Both the position numbers and the translations under genes were made by a program. A stretch of DNA of 48,460 nucleotides from an uncultured Phycisphaeraceae bacterium. Lineage in GTDB: Bacteria; Planctomycetota; B15-G4; JADJEK01. The stretch spans positions 1 through 48,460 of the forward strand of contig CAZBOK010000002.1 of the NCBI GenBank assembly GCA_964493525.1, written 5' to 3'. The notes below the pieces were generated by a model. That model made no database searches and was not told the origin of the DNA. It saw only the letters and a list, made by a program, of their open reading frames with translations. Numbering within the stretch: position 1 is the stretch's first letter; each line of letters opens with the position of its first letter. Positions 44,514 to 48,460 of this stretch are shown here, in pieces.

Positions 44514-45563
44514 ATGCCCGAACGGCTGCTGGTGCTCGGGCCTTCGTGGCTCGGCGACGCGATCATGGCGATCCCCGTTCTCCGCGCGCTGCGCTCGAGC
44601 AGCGCCGGGAGTCGCATTGCCGTGCTCGCGCGCGGCGGCGTCGCCGACCTCTACCGCGCCGTTCCGGCGGTCGACGAGGTGATCGTCTACGCGCGTCGCC
44701 CGGGGATCTCGCGGCTCGGCGCGTACGCGGACCTCGTGCGCCGCCTGCGCGAGTTCCATCCGGACACCGCGCTCGTGATGCCGCGCTCGTTCGGCTCGGC
44801 GTGGACCGCGCTGCTGTCGGGCGCACCGCGCCGCATCGGGTTCCGCGCATCGGGCCGCGACTTCCTCTTCACCGACCCGATCGACCGCGACGCGCGGCTC
44901 TTGAAGATCCACCGCGTCGACTCGTTCCGCCACCTCCTCGCGCCGTTTTCGATCGAACGCGCGGAGGAAGCGCGCGATCCGCCCGAGCTGTCGCTCCCCG
45001 ACGACGCGTTCGTCGAGGCCGACCGCCTGCTCGAACCGCTCGACGGCGCCGACGGTCCGCTCGTCGCGTTCATTCCCGGAGCGCACTACGGGTCCGCGAA
45101 GCAGTGGCCCGAGGAGCGCTTCATCGAGCTCGCGCGCCGCCTCGGCGCGGAGCGACGCGCCTCGATCGTGCTGATCGGCGGGCCGGGCGCGGATCAGCTC
45201 GTGTGCGACCGCATCCGGCATTCGGTCGAAGACGTGCGCGTCGTCGACCTCGCGGGCAAGACCTCGATCATGGGGCTGTGCGCCGTGCTGAAGCGATCGC
45301 AGCTCGTCGTGTCGAACGACACCGGCGCGATGCACGCCGCTGCGGCGGTGGGCGCCCCGCTCGTCGCGATCTTCGGGTCGACGGATCCCGTCACGACGTC
45401 ACCGTACGGCGCCGGGCCGATCCTCGTGCGCGAGCCGGTCGACTGCGCGCCGTGCCTCCTGCGCGAGTGCCCGATCGATCATCGCTGCATGACGCGCGTC
45501 GACGTCGACCGCGTGTTCGCCGCGTGCGCGCGCCAGTTGGAGACGGCCGCGCCGGTGGCGTGA
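44514..45563 (+). CDS. waaF: ADP-heptose:LPS heptosyltransferase II (GT9)
   Basis: Start re-set to MPERLLVLGPSWLGD (WaaF-type PSWxGD). Motifs PGAHYGSAKQWP and SNDTGAMHAAAAVGAPLVAIFG. Confidence 0.8.
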   Translation: MPERLLVLGPSWLGDAIMAIPVLRALRSSSAGSRIAVLARGGVADLYRAVPAVDEVIVYARRPGISRLGAYADLVRRLREFHPDTALVMPRSFGSAWTALLSGAPRRIGFRASGRDFLFTDPIDRDARLLKIHRVDSFRHLLAPFSIERAEEARDPPELSLPDDAFVEADRLLEPLDGADGPLVAFIPGAHYGSAKQWPEERFIELARRLGAERRASIVLIGGPGADQLVCDRIRHSVEDVRVVDLAGKTSIMGLCAVLKRSQLVVSNDTGAMHAAAAVGAPLVAIFGSTDPVTTSPYGAGPILVREPVDCAPCLLRECPIDHRCMTRVDVDRVFAACARQLETAAPVA

Positions 45564-45582
45564 GCGGTTCGCGGCCGCGGGA

Positions 45583-47118
45583 TCAGCCGGCTTCCTTGAG
45601 CACGTCGGGATCGACGTCCCACACCAGCCCGGCGTCGTTCGGGTCCATCTCGATCGCGAGGAGCTGCATCTTCTTGCCGCGCTCCTTCGACGCCTCGTCA
45701 TCGAGCGCGCGGCACGCTTTGCCGAGGCGGAGGTACAGCGCAGGGTTCATCGGATCGAGCTCGATCGCCTGCTCGAGCGCCTTCACCGCTTCCGCGTCTT
45801 TGCCGTCGGCGCGCAGCGCGCGCGCATAGCCGGAGTAGGTCGACGGATCGCGCGAGTAGAGCTCGATCGCTTTCTTGTAGTACAGCGCCGCGCGCACCCA
45901 GCGCCCCCACTGCTCGCAGAACTGCGCCGCGCGCGTGTAGCCGCGCGCCGTCTTCACGTTCATCTGCTTGATGTAGGCGTACCACTCCTGCTCGAACGCA
46001 TCGAGGTTCTTGATCTCGAGCATCTTCTGGAACAGGTCGATCGCCGCCGCGGGCTTCATCCACTTCTCTTCGCCCGAGCCGCCCGGCCACGTCTCGCGAT
46101 CGAGCTTCGGGTCCTTCGCGAGCTTCGCGAGGTACTTCCGGTACTTCTCCTTGTACTTCGGCGACTGCATCAGCATGTGGTTCAACGACCACGCCCACGC
46201 GTACTGCATCGCGTCGATCCGCGGCTCCGACATGAGCCCCTTCAGGTCCTGCATCTCGCCGCCGTCGATCGCGTCGATCAGGTTCACGAGCCGGCCTTCC
46301 TGCGTCTGGCCGCTCGTCATCGTCTTCCGCACGGGGTCCCACTCGCTCGAGCCGTAGTACTCGGCCATGCCTTCGTCGATCCACGGCGCGAAGACGAACG
46401 GCGGGTCGGTGTAGAGGTGGAAGAGGTAGTGGTTCGTCTCGTGGAAGAGCACGTCGAGCGTCAGGCGCTCGTCATCGCGCTCGTAGAAGAAGTTGAGCTC
46501 GATCGGCTCGACGAACCGGAAGTAACCGAGGACTCCGCGCGGCGCGTTCCCGATGCGGTGGAAGTCGTCCTCCTTGTTGTAGAAGCAGACCTTCAGCTTG
46601 CGGTTCGGCGGCTGCTTGACGCCCCACTCCCTCGCGAACGTGTCGAAGTACGTCTCGAACAGCGCCATGTAGTTCGCGCCGACGTCCTGCGGGACCGTGT
46701 ACTCGAAGTTGAAGTGCGCCGTGCTCGCCTTGTATCGCTCGCGCCACTCCTGGTGCTTCTTGAACTCCTCGAGCGCGTCCGCGCGCGCCTTGCTGCGCTT
46801 CTCGAGCTTCTTGTCGCGCTCCGCCTTCGCGATCCACTTCCCTTCGAACGGCACGAGCCCCTGCGCGAGCTTCTTCGCCTCGTCGTCGTTCTTCGCGGTG
46901 AAGTCGTCGCCGCCCTTCGAGATGAAGTACTCCTTCACGATCTCGGCGGGGATCGCGACGGTGCCGTGCGGGTATTGCGCCTCGAAGCCCTGGTCGGTCT
47001 TGACGAGCTTCGGCACTTCGTAGAAGCGGCCGTCCTTGAAGAAGAGCGAGTCGGCGGAGGCGGTGGACGCGATCGGCGCGAAGAGCGCCAGCGCGGCGAG
47101 AAGACGAGCGCAACGCAT
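45583..47118 (-). CDS. secreted DUF1570-like putative zinc metallopeptidase (HExxH) with C-terminal TPR repeats
   Basis: Signal peptide MRCARLLAALALFAPIASTASA. Motif LFHETNHYLFH followed by WIDEGMAEYY. TPR-like C-terminus. Confidence 0.85.
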   Translation of the reverse strand: MRCARLLAALALFAPIASTASADSLFFKDGRFYEVPKLVKTDQGFEAQYPHGTVAIPAEIVKEYFISKGGDDFTAKNDDEAKKLAQGLVPFEGKWIAKAERDKKLEKRSKARADALEEFKKHQEWRERYKASTAHFNFEYTVPQDVGANYMALFETYFDTFAREWGVKQPPNRKLKVCFYNKEDDFHRIGNAPRGVLGYFRFVEPIELNFFYERDDERLTLDVLFHETNHYLFHLYTDPPFVFAPWIDEGMAEYYGSSEWDPVRKTMTSGQTQEGRLVNLIDAIDGGEMQDLKGLMSEPRIDAMQYAWAWSLNHMLMQSPKYKEKYRKYLAKLAKDPKLDRETWPGGSGEEKWMKPAAAIDLFQKMLEIKNLDAFEQEWYAYIKQMNVKTARGYTRAAQFCEQWGRWVRAALYYKKAIELYSRDPSTYSGYARALRADGKDAEAVKALEQAIELDPMNPALYLRLGKACRALDDEASKERGKKMQLLAIEMDPNDAGLVWDVDPDVLKEAG

Positions 47119-47146
47119 CGGGCGGGCTCCCTTCGATCGGGGCGGA

Positions 47147-48460
47147 TTACTTGGTGCGGCCGTCGGCGTACTGGAACCAAGACCGGTCGAGCGCCTTCCA
47201 GTCGGCCTCGGTCCAGGTGCCGAACGTGCGGTCGAATGCCTTCTGCAGCAGATCCTCTTCGACCTTGTCGAACGCCTCGGAGCGCTTCTTCTTGTACTCC
47301 TCGTCCTCGGCCTTCAGGCGCTCCTCGTCGGACATCGACGCCTTGTCCTTCTCCTCGCCGCCCTTCGCCGCCGCCTCCTCCTCGTCCAGGCGCTTCTCGA
47401 TCTCCGCGACGAGGTCGTACAGGTGGCTCAGGTAGGTCGGCAGGATCTTCGCCGTCTTGTCGGCGCGTTTGCCGGGACCTTCGAGCAGGTAGCGAATCAC
47501 GCTCGAACACTGCGCGCCGGTGTAGCGCCAGTTGTCGCCATCCCACGCCTGCTTGGTCGTCATCTTCATCAGCGAGTTCAGCGGTTTCAGCGGCGGCTCC
47601 CCGCTCTTCTCCTTGTCGTATTTCTTCTGCGCGACGAACGCGTCGACCATTCGGTCCTTCTCCCACTGGTCGGTCCCGAACGTCAATTGCGCGCCCTTCA
47701 TCTCGGCGTCGTCGATGTATTCCACGAGACCGGAGCTGAGCCAAGTCGGCATCCGCTGCCACAGCTCCTCGTTCTTCTGATCGAACCAGTTGCGGGCCAC
47801 GTCGCGGTTCAGTGATGCGAACTCCGCGTCCCAGCCTTTGTTCGTCGGCTTCGCGAAGCGGATCTCCTGCACGTAGCTGCCCTTCCCCGTGTGGAAGGTG
47901 AACATCGGTCCCTGTGGGACGCGGTCGGTGTCGCCGTAGATGCGCAGGATCGCCGCCTGCACGTAGCCCTGCCCGACGGTTCCGAAGTTCTCTTCGAGCC
48001 AGGCGCGCACGCCCTCGGCCTGACGGCTCGCGAGCTTCGCGTACTTCGGATCGCCCTGGTACACGACGAGGTAGTTGTCGGTCTCGAAGTGCTCCCAACC
48101 CTTCTCGAGCTCGGCGATCGCCTTCTGGAATGCCTGCTCCTTCTGCTCGCGACGCCGCTTCAGGATCTCGCCCGGCGACAGGTCGTGCTCGTCGAGGCGC
48201 TCCTGCATTTCGACGCCGCGCTTGCGCCAGTCCTGCCACTCGCGCGTCTTGAGCCCGGCGGGGTCGCTCAGCTTGAAGCTCGCGAACATCCCCGTCATCT
48301 CGTTCTGGAACTTCTTGAAGTGCTGTTCGGTGCAGGTGCACATCACGGCGAACTCGCCGCCCGGGAGTTGGTAGGAGCAGGACAACCAGCGCAGCGGGAA
48401 GCGAGTGCCCTTCTCGAAGACCATCTCGCGGATCACCGCGTCGAAGCCCGCGACCTTGCC
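47147..48460 (-). CDS. DUF1570-like paralog lacking the HExxH motif; 5'-partial (frame open to the window edge)
   Basis: The frame stays open upstream of the GTG at 48436 (..GKVAGFDAVIREMVFEKG). It is collinear by eye with 45583..47118 (TDNYLVVYQGDP vs TAHFNFEYTVPQD; LSSGLVEYIDDAE vs WIDEGMAEYYGSSE), but has LNRDVARNWF where LFHETNHYLF sits. Confidence 0.75.
   Translation of the reverse strand, partial: GKVAGFDAVIREMVFEKGTRFPLRWLSCSYQLPGGEFAVMCTCTEQHFKKFQNEMTGMFASFKLSDPAGLKTREWQDWRKRGVEMQERLDEHDLSPGEILKRRREQKEQAFQKAIAELEKGWEHFETDNYLVVYQGDPKYAKLASRQAEGVRAWLEENFGTVGQGYVQAAILRIYGDTDRVPQGPMFTFHTGKGSYVQEIRFAKPTNKGWDAEFASLNRDVARNWFDQKNEELWQRMPTWLSSGLVEYIDDAEMKGAQLTFGTDQWEKDRMVDAFVAQKKYDKEKSGEPPLKPLNSLMKMTTKQAWDGDNWRYTGAQCSSVIRYLLEGPGKRADKTAKILPTYLSHLYDLVAEIEKRLDEEEAAAKGGEEKDKASMSDEERLKAEDEEYKKKRSEAFDKVEEDLLQKAFDRTFGTWTEADWKALDRSWFQYADGRTK

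Noticed and set aside
42063-45335. A single 1090-aa ORF on the minus strand.
   Set aside because: Only the C-terminal 541 aa (from the GTG at 43688) look like a membrane permease. The upstream part is an Arg-rich read-through overlapping the real ABC ATPase frame and the opposite-strand waaF gene.
45583-48460. A visibly lower G+C and Lys/Glu/Tyr/Trp-rich coding region (also 35947..37608) as a possible horizontally acquired island.
   Set aside because: Third codon positions remain strongly G/C-biased (AAG, GAG, TAC, TTC), as in the rest of the window. The shift is explained by amino-acid composition, and no mobility genes or flanking repeats are present.

Overview
Very GC-rich bacterial chromosomal window from a Gram-negative organism (hldD and waaF LPS-heptose genes present). 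The gene content looks Planctomycetota- or Myxococcota-like: TPR Ser/Thr kinases, an ECF sigma factor, FG-GAP propellers and DUF1570-like proteins. I support about 40 protein genes and found no rRNA, tRNA, CRISPR array, transposase or integrase. Most of the very long Arg/Ala-rich ORFs in the six-frame track are antisense or out-of-frame artefacts of the GC content. True starts were re-picked from signal peptides, Shine-Dalgarno motifs and start/stop overlaps.

Layout:
- 31-8372: an ECF sigma factor, a divergent 62-aa mini-protein that copies the N-terminal segment of the nearby kinases, and two TPR Ser/Thr kinases flanking an odd Gly/Pro/Cys-rich secreted protein.
- 8382-16124: four tandem secreted 7-blade FG-GAP propeller paralogs, divergent from a parallel beta-helix protein.
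- 16240-20731: an MddA-like membrane methyltransferase, ettA, a YcaC-like hydrolase and a TraB/GumN-like protein.
- 20957-23089: a three-gene envelope operon of unknown function (LysM protein plus two membrane proteins).
- 23106-30899: a complete trpE-G-D-C-F-B-A-aroF operon joined by seven consecutive 4-nt start/stop overlaps. It is preceded by what looks like a classical Trp-codon leader-peptide attenuator. This is the best-supported non-obvious signal in the window.
- 31058-48460: a membrane protein with divergent protease-like domains, a lipoprotein, hldD, an ABC-2 transporter plus a second beta-helix paralog, an alpha/beta hydrolase with AraC regulator, an ABC exporter operon ending in an EVE-domain gene, waaF, and two DUF1570-like genes (one with HExxH, one without).

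Two intergenic regions carry related 12-nt-periodic GC-rich repeat arrays. No canonical defence or mobile system is visible. The candidate novel items are hypotheses from sequence reading only.
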